Assembly: GCA_001724265.1 (NCBI GenBank)
Contig: MEDY01000224.1
Coordinates: forward strand, 1-64,000
From: Rhizaria sp. SCN 62-66
Lineage: Eukaryota
Length of the DNA: 64,000 nt
Direction of reading: 5' to 3'
Position numbers and translations under genes: made by a program. Shown here in pieces: positions 11,845 to 24,600 of the stretch (its first letter is position 1; every line of letters starts with the position of its first letter). A model generated the notes under the pieces. The model did not search any database. It was given only the letters and a program-made list of their open reading frames with translations, and had not been told where the DNA came from.

Positions 11845-12584
11845 GAGGTGAAAGCTAGAGGCGAAGAAACATGGATGGTGATGTAGGAGAGCGTGAGAGA
11901 AAAGGGGAAGCAAGGTGGCACGCGACGACCAGCAAGAAAAACATTGCAGCGGAAATCAGTCAGTGCGGAGTCCTTCTTAGTGCATTTCAAATAGCACACA
12001 AATGACTAAATTATTGGAAGTATCTTACAGTTCAAATATACCCCCAAATCACCACGCTTTGTAGCAACATGGCTCATACAAAGCTGCGGGGCGTTTCATT
12101 TTCGAGAAGGGGTTGAGCGCTCACGGTCACTTGCCTCCCCCAGTCAAATCACTTCTAAGAGCCGATAGTGCCAACATGAGTAATGACTTAAAATGTATTT
12201 CTATCATTATGTGTAATCGTTTTCTTAATGTATCATATTATTGCTATGAAGCGATTGACGGATGTTCTGACTACTTTGCTATCACATGAGTGTCGCCGAC
12301 GATGACTTGTGGTCTCCTTTCTTCCACATTGCCCGCCATCTACGCATTACATAGTAACTCATATGCTTGGCAACGAACAATTATACGCAATCACATGTTT
12401 GAGTGTATCTACTTCAACAGCCTTTGTTTTGCTGGCGCCCGGAAATCCCTCACAATTAGGCCTTTGCTCGCCCTGCCACACCATCCTCTCCGTCTGTCTG
12501 CGCTCTTTTAACACCTCGTATCCTCCGACAACACACTTGCTCTGGCAACATCACCCGGTCCCGGTACAGAGCTCGCGTTGTTTT

Positions 12585-13955
12585 ATGGGACAGACGTGCT
12601 CTGGTGACAATCGTCATCGTCTCCCGGCCTCTGGTTACGGTTTTCGCTACCGCCATGGTCCGTCACACTCATGCACAACACTAATGCAAACTTCTTTTTT
12701 TATGGTAGTCCACGCATATGTTCACTGTTGCTTGCAAATGCCACGTATAATCTCACCAAGAGAATTTTAACACGAACCATGTGTTTTCGTCTGGGATAAC
12801 AACATTTCTCGCTCACTAAAACTTTTGCATGACCGCTCGCCACTAAACCCCACTCATATCTCCTGCCACAACAACGCTCGCACACACAGACCCGGTGCAC
12901 GCGCGCCGCTTCCAGCTCTGCTTTGCGACGCCCCCGCAGTACCAGACGGGTCTTATTGTGCCCCTCTTCGGCGAGTACGAGGACGTCGCCGCGCTCTGGG
13001 ACGCCGCCGCCGCGGCCGCCGCGCTCGGCATCTCAGTGTTGTGTCTCATGCGGCCCTCAATCGACGACACGCCGCGACCCGCTGAGTCGCTGTCCCCGGG
13101 CTACACGACCGCGCTGGCCAAGCTCGTCGCCGCGGGCGCGCGCTGTCTCGGCTATGTGGAGACGGGTGAGTGCTCTAAGTCCGCCTGGCTCATCGACAAC
13201 GAGATCCGGGCCTTTGCAACCTGGGGCAGCGCCGGCTCCGCCACGGGGCTGTGCGGGATGTTCTTCGACCACACGGCGCAGGACGCGTCGGCCTACTCGG
13301 TCGCGTACTGCCGCCGCGCCGCGCAGACGACCCGCGAGGAGGTCGGACCCCTGGTCATCCTCAACCCCATGTGCGTACCGTTATCGCTCGAGTACAAGAA
13401 GTGGGCTAACGTCGTCGTCACCTTCGAGGACGTCTACAGCGCGTTCCGCCCGCGCGCCGGCGACGTACCCGCCAACCGCGTGTACACACGCCGCAAGGAC
13501 GGCAGCTCGGACGACCCCGCGCACCCGCCCGATGAGACCAAGGGCGTGGCGCACTACAGTGAGGGCGCGACGGCGACGGACAAGGTCGCCTCCGACGTGC
13601 AGATGGCGGCGCGCGCGATGAAGCAGTACGTCGCCGTGATCGACGATGACGACGACGTCTCTGGCAGCGCGAGCGAATGGGAGCACGACGACTCGCTGGC
13701 GCCCGAGGCCGCGGCGCCGTATGTCGCCAACTTGCACCGCGCCGAGCATGAAGTGGACCCCGAGGTGGCGGCGACGGTGATGGCCGCCGTGGAGGCCGTG
13801 CGCGACGACGACGACCGGTCCATGCCGGCGCCCGCGGAGGGACACGACGAGGTTGCGCAGGGCGCCGCTGCGGACGCGCTAGTGCCGGTGCCGCAGCTGG
13901 CGTGCATTGTGCTCGCGATGGCGCAGGGTGTTACCAACACCACAGTCTCGACGAC

Positions 13956-13987
<32 letters not shown>

Positions 13988-14577
13988 CTGAGGAGGAAGA
14001 GGAAGAAGACGGCGCCCTCGCGAGCGCCGGCGCCGCGCTGCGCAAGGCCGAATCCGTGACGACCAAGACCGACTCCGCCGTGTCGGCGTTCGAGGCGCGC
14101 GCGGGCGCCCGCATCCAGCGCCGCACGCGCCGCGCGCTGCGGTGGGCCAAACAGCGCGGCTTTGGCTGGGTCTTTGCCGTCCCGGGCAACTTCAGCGCCG
14201 GGACGACGGTCGGCACAGTGGCTGCGACCGGAGACCACCCGTACGAGTTCTCTCAAGACTGCTGGGACGCGATGATTGCAGAGATCACCGGCAGTCCCAG
14301 CAACAGCTCCGCCGGTGCCGCGAAGAGTGGGAACATGAGAGCTGTTGGCGTTGGCGCGGGCGCGGGTGCCAAGGGCAAGTCTGTGACGACTACGACGACA
14401 ACGACCACGAACAGTACTTCGAGCTCTAGCTCTAGCTCTAGTATCAGCGCTGGTGCTGCGGGCGCAAACGCGAACGCAAGCGAGGTTGTGATGTCGCCGC
14501 CTGTGTTTGTGGCCAAGGACGAGACTGATGGCGCGGCTGCGCCTGAGGAGAAGACCGAAACGGCAGCCGCGGCGTGA
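12585..14577 (+). CDS. Spherulin-4 / GH135 (Sph3-like) family protein with low-complexity insertions; exons 12585-12657 and 12890-14577, ~586 aa
   Basis: Motifs LIVPLF, LGYVETG, GMFFD, VILNP, VVVTFE and C-terminal AKQRGFGWVF...HPY.....W resemble Spherulin4. Intron 12658-12889 (GTCCGT..CAG, CACTAA branch-like) joins an MGQTCS first exon in phase. Confidence 0.75.
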
Positions 14578-14911
14578 ACAATTAGTACGCGTGCACACGG
14601 GTGGGAATGTAACAAGTGTTAGTGTGACTCTTGCTCTACTTAGTCGCTTAAACAGGCCGTATTAGAGGGCCAGTGTTGTAAACCTTGCCTCATCAAAGCA
14701 ATATACAGTAAATAGCGTTTTGTATCCGAAACTAACATCTTTGTCGTACGTGCTGTTGATAAATTGTATTCAAGTAGAACGAAGCACGCTCAGAACGTGC
14801 TGTTTCAGCTCCGAAACTCATTATAGCCAATGATGGCAGTATTTTGTACATTAATAAGTGAACACTCAAGTCAAACTCAAACTGTATGTCCATTCCTGCT
14901 GCTTTACCTGG

Positions 14912-15372
14912 TTAGATAGTGATGCCGTAGGTTGCAAAGAGGGCCACGACTTGGGGAACAGTGAGGCTTGAGATCTCCTTGCGGTCGCAAACGTCACCTG
15001 TCTCATCGTCAAAGTGGATAAAAACGCCCTATAGCAAGTGACATATACACAAGAGGTAAGAATCAAAACAACGGTGAGTTTGCGATGACAGTATGGTCAC
15101 GAAGCCGAGAATGGTAGCAAAGAGGAAGTGCCACGTGGTATATGAATTTCACGTACAGGGCACATAACACCGCCGGACTCCTGAATCACGCCACGCGCAA
15201 CGGCGTCTTCAATGTAGGACTTAAGAGCAGTGTTACCCTTAAAGCCAGTACCAACCTGGAAATAGAGAACAGTAAGTAGATTCGGAGGTGAGAACGAAGG
15301 CGAACTGGGTGGAAGGAACGAACAGAAGAAGCAAAGATATAGACGTACCCGCAGAGTCGCTACGACAGGCAT
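14912..15372 (-). CDS. Small 79-aa protein, probable thioredoxin-like fold (Sep15/SelM-like or L51/S25/CI-B8-like); exons 15372-15349, 15255-15157, 15028-14912
   Basis: Two GTACGT..AG introns give MPVVATLRVGTGFKGNTALKSYIEDAVARGVIQESGGVMCPGVFIHFDDETGDVCDRKEISSLTVPQVVALFATYGITI followed by TAA. Exon lengths 24/99/117 are all phase 0. The fold call is by eye only. Confidence 0.7.
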
Positions 15373-15611
15373 TATTTGATACCTATAAAAACACGCGTTA
15401 TATTTTGAGTGCGAGTTAACCGTTCTTTTAACGATGAGATTATGGAACAAAATACAGCCAAACTTCTTTTACGACCTGACTCCAAGGCGGGTCGCTGTCA
15501 CCACAAACTCTATTTTGAGTCAAGTCAAGATTTGTATTCTGGTAATTTTCAAGTTAATTCTAGCGCTGTTATACGCTGTATTTCTTATCAACATATTGTA
15601 CTCACTTGTTT

Positions 15612-18600
15612 TTACATCCACTGCGCGTTCAAAACGGCGCCGACTTCATCAAAGTCGTCGTTTTCGCCGTCTTCTTGCGAGTCGCCGCTGTTGTTCAACA
15701 TGCTCTGCTCGAACATAGGCGTCTGCGCTCCGAGCTGCACTTCGTACGTCGTGCGAGACAAAGTCTCAGTCGCTGCAGTCGCATTAACAGCTGCGTCGCC
15801 AATCTGATAGTGGGGAGAATTTTCAGATAACTCTGAACGTGCAGAGCCGTTATTGCTCGCGTTGATATTGTTGTTGTTGACTGAGAGGGACCTGAAGTAT
15901 TCCTCGCGCTCGGCAGCGAACTGCTGATGCATGCTTTGCTGACGGTTATCGCCGTCTTCAAGTTCGTCGTCATCCTCGTCGTGATGCTCACTTCCTTCGT
16001 TGTCTTCGTCTTCATATAATCCGTCGCCTTCATCATTGTTGTTCACATCACCGTCTTCGTCTTCGTCTTCGTCGTCATAATCTTCATCCACGACTTCCAG
16101 TCCAGCATCAGCGAACGTGGCGGCAGCGACTCGTGCCGCAGCCGCCTCGCGGCGCCGCTCTTGCATGAAAAACTCCGCGATCGCAGCAACAGCCGCCGCA
16201 TCCTCCTCGTCGATATCAACCGGCTCAGCAGCCTCCACCTCGTCCGCCACAGCCGCAGTCGCTGACTCAGACGCAGTCGCGACAGCAGCAACGCCAGAGT
16301 CTCTCGTGGGCGCTGGACTATGAGATACCGTGGCAGCTGCGGTCTCGACCGCAGTCTGTAAGTTCGCGACTTGCGCCTGCAGTGACTGCACTAGGCTCTC
16401 ATAAGCGCCCAGGCGGGCCTCGACAATCGCGCCAGCCAGCTCGCGGTCACTCTCGCCGGAAGCACTACTTGCGCTCTGACTGGCATTGCGAGAGCCCGCC
16501 CCGGGAAACGCGCTCTGCAGCGCCGCAGTAACAGCCGCAGCGGTCGCCGCGTCGGCGTCCGCGCTCGCCTGCGCCGCCTCGGAGCGCACGCGTGCCGAGT
16601 TGACCGCCGACGGCGGCGGCGGAGCCTCGCCCAACGCCTGCTGATACATGCTGTGCGCGACGGCGAGCAGCCCCGACGGCAGCGGCACCAACGCGCCGGC
16701 CTCGAGCCTCTCCGCGTCGGCCGCGAGCGCCGCCAGCCGCGCGCGCGCCGCGCAGACCGTGTCCATGGCCTTGCTGGCGAGCGCGCGCACGCGGGGGTCC
16801 GCCCACTGCACGCCCCACTGCGTGCGCGCCCACCCCGCGGCCGGCGCGCGGGCCGGCGGCGCGGCGTCGACCGTGGTGGCATCGGCGAGCCCCACGCCAG
16901 CGAGCGAGCGGTGCGCGACGTGGCTGCGCATGCGCGTGTCGGCGGCCGCGCCCGTCAGCTGCTGCACGGCCGCGGTCGCGGCGGCGGGGGAATCGGCGAC
17001 GACGGCAGCGATGGCGGCGTCGGGACCAGCGGCGTTGGTGGTGGTTGTGGTCGTCGTTGTCGTTGAGCCGTCATCACGCTTCTGCTGTTGCTGTGGCTCC
17101 GAGGAAGGGTAGCCAGCCGCGCGCTCTGTCGCCGCAGTAGCAGCGGACTCTGCAGCGGCTGCAGCGGCGCGATCACCCTCAGCAAGTGCGTCCAGCGCGG
17201 CGACAAAGCGTGCCACGGCCTCGACTTGCCACAGGCGCTGCAGCGGCGGCAAAGGCACGCTGCCCGTGGGCCGTGACCCGCCGTGGAGACTGAGATCCAA
17301 CTGCATCGAGTTAGAGTGCGCGCCAATGTGAGCGTTCGAGTTACTGGAAGATTGCGGTGTCGAAACGGTGGAGAGCAGAGGCAGAAGCTCCGCAGCAAGA
17401 GCGTCATGGCGCGCAGTCGATGCGTGGTCACCAGCGGCCGCAGCGGCTGCGCGTTCCTTGGCCAAATCGGCCATCAACGAGAGGCCATACAGCACAACAT
17501 CATTCTGATCGCCGCTATCCGCGCCGTCAGGAGTCGCGCTGGCGGTATGAGAGCGCGTGTTGCTGCTGTAAGAGTTAGACCCGCGGAAGAGCGAGCGCAT
17601 GTCGTTCATGATACGCCTCGCGCGCGCGGCACGGCCGGCGGCGTCGCGCGCCGACTCCGGCGGCTCGTCAGCGCCAAGCGTGGCCACGGTCACACCGCCG
17701 ACAGTCACCGCACCCATCGTCGCCGCGGTGGCGTTGGACAACGGCGCCGAGGCCGCACCGGGCCCTTGCACGCGCACGTGGTGGCGCAGTGCACGCAGAC
17801 GGCCGCGCAACACGTCGACAGCGCTGCACTGCGCGTGGAGCAGAGAGATAAAGAAGTTGATGCCGGCGGCAGACGCAGCGGCGGCGACTGCGGCGGCAAT
17901 GCCCGCAACGCGCGCGTCCGCAGCGGCCTCGGCGGCCCAGCCGTCGCCGGAGGAGCCCGAGTGGGTGATGACAGTGAGCGCGTGCGGCAGCGGCACCGGC
18001 GGCGCACGCGTGCGCGGCGGGGGCACGAGTCCCGTCCTCGCGCCGTTGACGTAGCGGATGTGGACTGTATCAGTGCCGGCACCTTGGTCAAGGTCGCCGA
18101 CGAACGTCCACGTCAAAGGGCCGTGCTCGGCCTCGTACGCGGCGAGCTTGCGCTGCACGAGCTGCATCTGCGACCGCGTCGCTGTGAGACGCAGAGAGGC
18201 CTCGGTGAGCTTGGCGCTGGACGCAGCGCCCGCCTCGCCTGCGGCCCGAGCCTCGGCGCGCGCGGCTTCGAGCGCGGTCTCCAGCGCCGCGATCGACTGC
18301 TTATGCTCAGCGAGGACCTCGGTCTGGCGCGCGACTGTCTTCTTGTACTGCGCAAGAGAAACGCGAAGCTTAGTCGCGGCCTCCTCCTGTGCAGCCGCGG
18401 CCTCGCAGCGCTGGGCCTGAGCTTCAACACGCGCCTTCATGCCGCGCAGGGCGGCGCCTTTGCGCGCGAGCTCCTCGTGTGCAGCTGCGAGATCGCGCTG
18501 TGCGTTCGCCAAAGCGTCCCCGCCTTCGCCATTGTTCGCACTCGCAGAAGATGCGTTGGGCTTGCCATCGGCATTCGCGGGGGCGTCGACGGTGGCAGCG

Positions 18601-21600
18601 ATGACCTCAAGCTTGTGCTTGAGCTCCTCGATAGTCGCGTTCTTGCTCTGCACGCTCTGCAACAACTTACGCTGCGCCTCTTCCGCACGCTTGGCGTTGG
18701 TCTCTGCCGTTGTCGCGCGGTCGCGGGCCTCAGCGGCTTGCAAACGCGCCTCGCGGAGCTCCTTGACCTTGTCAGTGTACTTCCGCTCGGCAACACGAGC
18801 CGCCTTACGCAGAGCCTCTGCATCAACCTCACTGAGAGACTCCGCGTTCACAGACGGATTCGTAGCAGAGCCAGTCGGCTTAGCGGTGAAAGCGGGCGGG
18901 GTTGCAGCGCGTGCGGCAGCAGCAGCCGTGGTAGCAGCAGTAGGGCGGATTAACGACACCGACACAGAGCCCGCAGTCACTGCAGCCGTCAGAGTCGAGT
19001 TGTTGTTGCCCACAGACATGTCACTCGCATCAGTGCCATTCGAAGCAGCGGCCGCGTTCGCGGCAGCAAGACGAGCCTTGAGTGAGCGCACGTCATCCCG
19101 TAGCGACTCAACGAGCCGTGTCTGGCCCACGGCAATTACGCGTTCAGCCTCCGCCTGCGCCAGTGCAGCCTCAGCAGCCGCGCGCGCGGCGTCAAGTTCG
19201 AATCGCAGCTCGGCGGCCGCGGCCTCGCTTGTCGCGGCAGCGGCGCGCGCGGCGTTGGCAGCCTCAGCGGCAAGCGCAGGAGGTCGAGCGAGGTGCCCGG
19301 ATACAGCGGCCGCAGCAGCAGCGGCAGCGGATGAGTAGTTGGTGATGTTGTAACCGCCGACGTCAGCCGCAGCTTCATCAGCGTCAGCCAGAGCAAGGTC
19401 AGCAAGAGCGTCGCCTCCGTTATGCTGTGCGTTTCCGCCGTTGCGGTCATTGCGTTTCCGCTGCGCCAGAGCGGCAGACCTGGTGGCTGGTGAGATGCCG
19501 ACAGCGCCCTCCGCTGCAGTTACGGCGTTCGCAGTAGCAGCGTTGAGCTGGGCGCGCAGGAGCGTCGCGTCGTGCTCAGCACGGCGCGTCTGCGCCTCGG
19601 CAGCAGCCTCGCGCGCTGCGGAGGCGGCCAACTGCGTCACCAGCACAGTGTCCTCCTGGAGCACCGAGGGGTCGTCTGCGCGCATCACGGGCAGGCGGCG
19701 TGCACCGCCAGCCGCAGCCCGCGCGCCGCCGCGTCCACCGCGTGTGGCACCGACAGTCTCTGCGTTGTCACGACGAGCAAGCAAGTTGGCGAACCGCGCC
19801 TTCCATGTGCGCGCCTCGGCGGCCTGGTCGAGAACAACGGCGGCGAAGCGACGCTCAAGTGCGCCAGCGACTGCAGCGGCCTCGCGGCGCGCGATGTCGC
19901 CGGCAGCGGCCACGGCGGCCAAGCGCGCGCGCAGTGCGTCGAGCTGTGCCCCGTGCGCGGCCTGGGCCTCTGCGAGCGTCGCCTCCGCCGCAACCGCGCG
20001 CTGTGCGGCGGCCGCAGCCGCGGCGCCCTGTTCTTGAGCAACCGCGCGCTCGCGAGCCAGTGCGGCACCGGCTTGCTGCTCGCCGGCACGCGCGTCTGCG
20101 AGATCCGCATTGACCCGGGCCAGTGCGGTCGCGAGACTGCGTGCCTCAGCGGCAGCGGCGTCGTGACGCGCGTTCGCCTCCGCGGTCTCACCGCGAGATG
20201 CAGTGAGCGCAATGGTGATGGCCTCGATCTGAGCGCGTGCGTGGTCAAGAGCGTTTTCAGCCTCTTCAGCGCGCGCAAGTGCAGCGGCAGTGGCGGCGCG
20301 CGCGGCGACGAGCGCAGCCTCGGCCTCGGCGCGCGCGTCGTCAGCCTCTTCGGCGCGCGCATCCATGCGCTTGGCCTGCTCGATCGCACGCTCTGCAAAC
20401 GCCTCGGCGGCGGCCAGCTCGACGCGCATGGCCCCGATGTCTTCCTCGGTCTCGGTCAACCGCGTCCGCAGCGCAGCGGCCTCGCCGCGCACGGCCTCGG
20501 TAGCCTCGTGTGCGGCGGTGGCAGCGGTGCGGGCAGCGGATAAGTCGCGGCGCTGCTGCTGCGCAAAGTCCACCAAGTACGTGAGGTAAGACAGCACGTC
20601 AGCAACAGAGCTCAAGTGCGCCTCGGCTGCAGCACGGCCCGCGGCGACACGCGCGGTATTGTCAACAGCAGCGTCAAGCGTGGTGTCCGCCACCGCGTCA
20701 GGCGCAAGCGTGGGGCGCAGTGTCCCTGCAGCAGCGGCCATCGCGTTCGGCTCAGCAGCATCAAGTTCGGCTCCAGCTTGCGTTGCGGGGGCAGAGACAC
20801 AAAGGCCCTGTGCAGCGGCGTCCACCGCGCGCTCAACGGCGCGAATGTGCGGCTCCAGCGCAGCGGCCACAGCGCGGAACGCAGCGCACTCGCGCCAGCG
20901 CGCGGTGACGGCGTCGCGCTCAGTGGTCACGCGCGAGAGATCGTCGCGCACGCGTTGCGTCTCGGCCACCGCGGTGGCGTGCGCAGCGGCGGCGCGGGCG
21001 AGCTCAGCCGCTGCGGACGACGTGATCTCGTCAAAGCGAGCGCGCGCCGCGGCGTGCTCGCCGAGGACGCGGTCGACGCGGGCGCGCGCTGCAGACGGGT
21101 GAGCGAGAGCCTGAAGGTAGAAGTCACGCAGAGCGGCGGCAACACCGCGCCAGTGGCGCGCGAGCCGTTCGGCACGCTCCAGGGCCGGTGCAGGCACAAG
21201 CGCAGTCGGCGCGGCTGCTGCCGAAGCGGAAGACAGAGGCTCATCCCAGGAAGGCGGCTCGAGTGCAAGCAGTGCAAGAGCTTGTTCACGGTCACTAACC
21301 TCGGCCTCGATAGCGCCAACGGTGTTACTCTGAGGACTCGGGCTCGCGCCAGAGACGCCGGACTCAACTGCAGCAATGAAGCGACGCTCGATCTCACTGC
21401 GCATAGCATCAGCAGCAAGCGCCTTGCTCTCCTGTGCTGCCCACGCTTCGCCCCAGCGCCGCTCCGCGGCGGCGACGGCAGCGGCGACGGCAGAGTCGGC
21501 GGCTGCAGCCTTGCCCTCAGCGCCGGCACGCGCGCGTGCGGCCTCGGCGGCGGCGGCACGCGCACCCGCGGCGGCCTCAAGCGCGCCAAGGTACTTGCCG

Positions 21601-24600
21601 CGGCCGGCGTCAGCCTCAGCGCGGGCAGCACGCAGCTCGGCATGCAGCGCAAGCATCACGCGACGCTGCGCCGACAGTGCGTCTGTAATGGATGCAGCAG
21701 ACGCGGTGCCAGCGGCAGAGGCAGCGACAGCGGCGGCCGCGGCAGGGCCCAGCGCGGCGTCGATTGCAGCGCCCCAGCGGGCCACAGCCTGTTCCGAGAC
21801 GGTTACCGCGTCGGTCATAGACGGCGTGACGGTGTCCGCGGCAGCGGTGGCGGAGTCAGCATCGTTGGCAGCAGGACGCGCACACTGACAGCGCTCGAGC
21901 AGCGCAACGTAGCGCGTCTCAAGCGAGCTGCACAGCGCACGCAGCGCTGTGACTGAGCCATTGGCACGCACGGCAGCATCGTCGGCCTCGGCTAGGCGCG
22001 TGCGCGCAGCAGCTAGCTCCTCAGCAAAGTCCCCGGCACCAGTCGTCGCAGAAGGAGAATTGGCAGCTGCATCGGCGGAAGGGGCAGCGCTGTGGCGCTC
22101 CATGAGTGCGATGTACTTGCGCTTCAACTCAGCGCCCGTGGCCTCAGCATCGGCCGTCGCAGCGGCAGCCTTCGTGGCAGCGGCGGCAGCGGCGTCGCGC
22201 TCAGCCTCTGCGGCAGCGCGGTCGCTCGCGGCAGCCTCTCGCTCACGGCCAAGTTGTGCCAGAACGGCGTCGCGCTCTTCACGGGCGGCAGCAACCTCGC
22301 TAGCGCGGGCAGTCGCAGTTGCATCGGCGCGCGCAGTTGCGGCAGCGACGTCGGCGACGAGAGCGGCCTCGCGCGCGGCGGCGGCGACAAGGGCAGAGCG
22401 CACGAGAGCGAGCTCCGACTCGACAGACGCAAGCGCGGCAGACAGCGCGCCGACAGTCGTTGTCGCGGTCGCAGTTGCAGAAACACTGTTGGCGTCAGTC
22501 GACGGAAGGTCGGGGAGCGCAGCTGCGGAAAGCGCCGATGCGAGCGAACGGGGCTGCGCCGCGGCGTCATCGTCCTCGTCCACCTCCTCGTCGCGAACAA
22601 CGGCACCCGTGGCCGCAGTGCGTGCGGGACTAGGCATAGCCTGCGCGGCCGCAAGCGCAGCAACAGCCTGCTGCTGCTGTTGAGCACCGGTCGCGGCACC
22701 TGCAGCCGAAATAGCGGCGGCCTCGAGTTGGTCCAAGAGCTTGGCATGCAAGTCACGGTTGATCTCCTCGAGCTGCGCAATCTGCGCGCGCAACACCGCC
22801 GTGGCCAATGGGTCCTCACCGACAGCGCTGTTCTCAGCAAGAGCAGCAGCATCAGCAGTCGGCGCAATGACAGCGTCAGCCGCAGTGGCAGCGCGGCCGG
22901 CAACAAGCGCAGCCATAAAGCGGCGCTGGAGCTCATCGTAACGATCGCGCAGCGAGCGCACCTCAACGCTCGCGTGCGCCAACTGCGCCGCGAGAGCCGC
23001 AGCGTCACGGACAGTGCCGCCCGGAGTAACCGCATATCCTGCGGCGCCGCCAGTGGCGGACGCAGACGCAGCGGGCTTCAGGGGCGTCGCGGGCGCGGCT
23101 AGCCGTGCAGCGGCCTCTGCAGCAGCTGCGATGGCGGACTCAGCAGCAGGGCGTTTTGCCACAGTGCGGGGCGCAACGGACGCGAGCGCGTAGTCGGCCC
23201 ACTTGTTATCTGCTTCGCGGTCGCCCGCGGCGGCGGCAAGACGCACGCGGAGCTGCACGTTGACCTCGCGGAGGTCGCGCATCTCCTGCTGCGCCTGCAC
23301 CAGCAGCGTCTCCACCTCGCTCAGCGCGCGGCGCGGCACCGAAGACAAGGCGCCCGCCGCGGCGGCCTCCTCGTCGTCCGCGGCGTCGGCGGCGGCTTCA
23401 AGCCCGCGCGCGCGCAGCCGCTGCCGCAGTGCGCCGTGCACGCGGCGCAGCTGCGCGAGCTCGGCGGCGAGCTTGGCGGCGGCGCGACGGGCAGCGCGGG
23501 ACTGCGTCTCGGCGGCGCGCACGCGCTCGCGCAGGGCAGCCGCAACGGCGCCGCCGGCGGTGACCGTGAGGCGCGCCGACAGCGGGCCCGCGCGGGCGTC
23601 GCGGTGTGCGGCGGCTGCGCTGGCGGCGGCGATTGCGTCGGCAGCTGCAGCAGCGTTGGCAGCGCTGGCGTTCGCGTCGGTCGCAACGCCCGCCTCGATG
23701 AGGTCCATAAGCCGCATTGCCTCGGCCTCCCATGTGTCCTGCAACAGCGTCTCGCTCCTGCCGTTCGCACCAACGCTTGCACTAGCGTTACGGGGAGAGA
23801 CTGCACGAGCGCCAGCGTTGTGAACAGAGGTATCAGGACCGGGGCCGCGAAGATCCTCTTCAATCGACGCGACGAGCATGCGAAGGCGCAACTCTCCGTC
23901 AGAAACATCAGTGGCATGAGTGCGAGTCTTAACAGCAGCATCCGAACTGTGGTTGTTACCAAGAGCAAGAGAATCCTCAGGAGTTTCGGACACTGCATAG
24001 CTGGCATCGTCAACGCCAACGTCTGTGACATCGACGTATTCTGCACCAACAGCTGCGCCAGTGTCAGCACGCAGCATCTCGCCACGGGCGGCACGCGCCT
24101 CGAGCAGTGCGAGATACTTGCTCTGCACAGAGCGGTACATCAAGCGCCAGTTCTCGGCGTCACTCTGCGCCTGCACAAGCTTCGCCTCGAGCGCGCGAGC
24201 AGCGCCAGTGCGCTCCGCCAGCGCCGCCGCAGCGGCCTCTGGCCCGCGCATCGCGGGAAGCAGGAACTCGGCCGCGAGCGGACCAGGGCGGCCGGCCGCG
24301 GCGTCGAGCTCGGCCTCCTGTGCGCGTGCGGCCTCGGCGTCGGCCAGTGCGCGCTCGAGCCCGCGCACGTGGCGCTCGGCCGCGGAGAGCTTGTTTTGAA
24401 GCTGCTCGTTGCACGCGACGAGGCTCTCGCAATCGCTCTGCGCGCGCGCAAGAGTGCGGCGCCACGCCGCCTCGGCGCGCTCGCGGGCGGCGCGGTCGTA
24501 ATCGGCCACCGCAGCGGGAGCGCCCAGGCGCAGCACTGCGCCGCCGTCGCTGCCCGCTGCAGCGGCACTGGCGCCGCATCCGCCGGCTGTGGCGTCCGCG

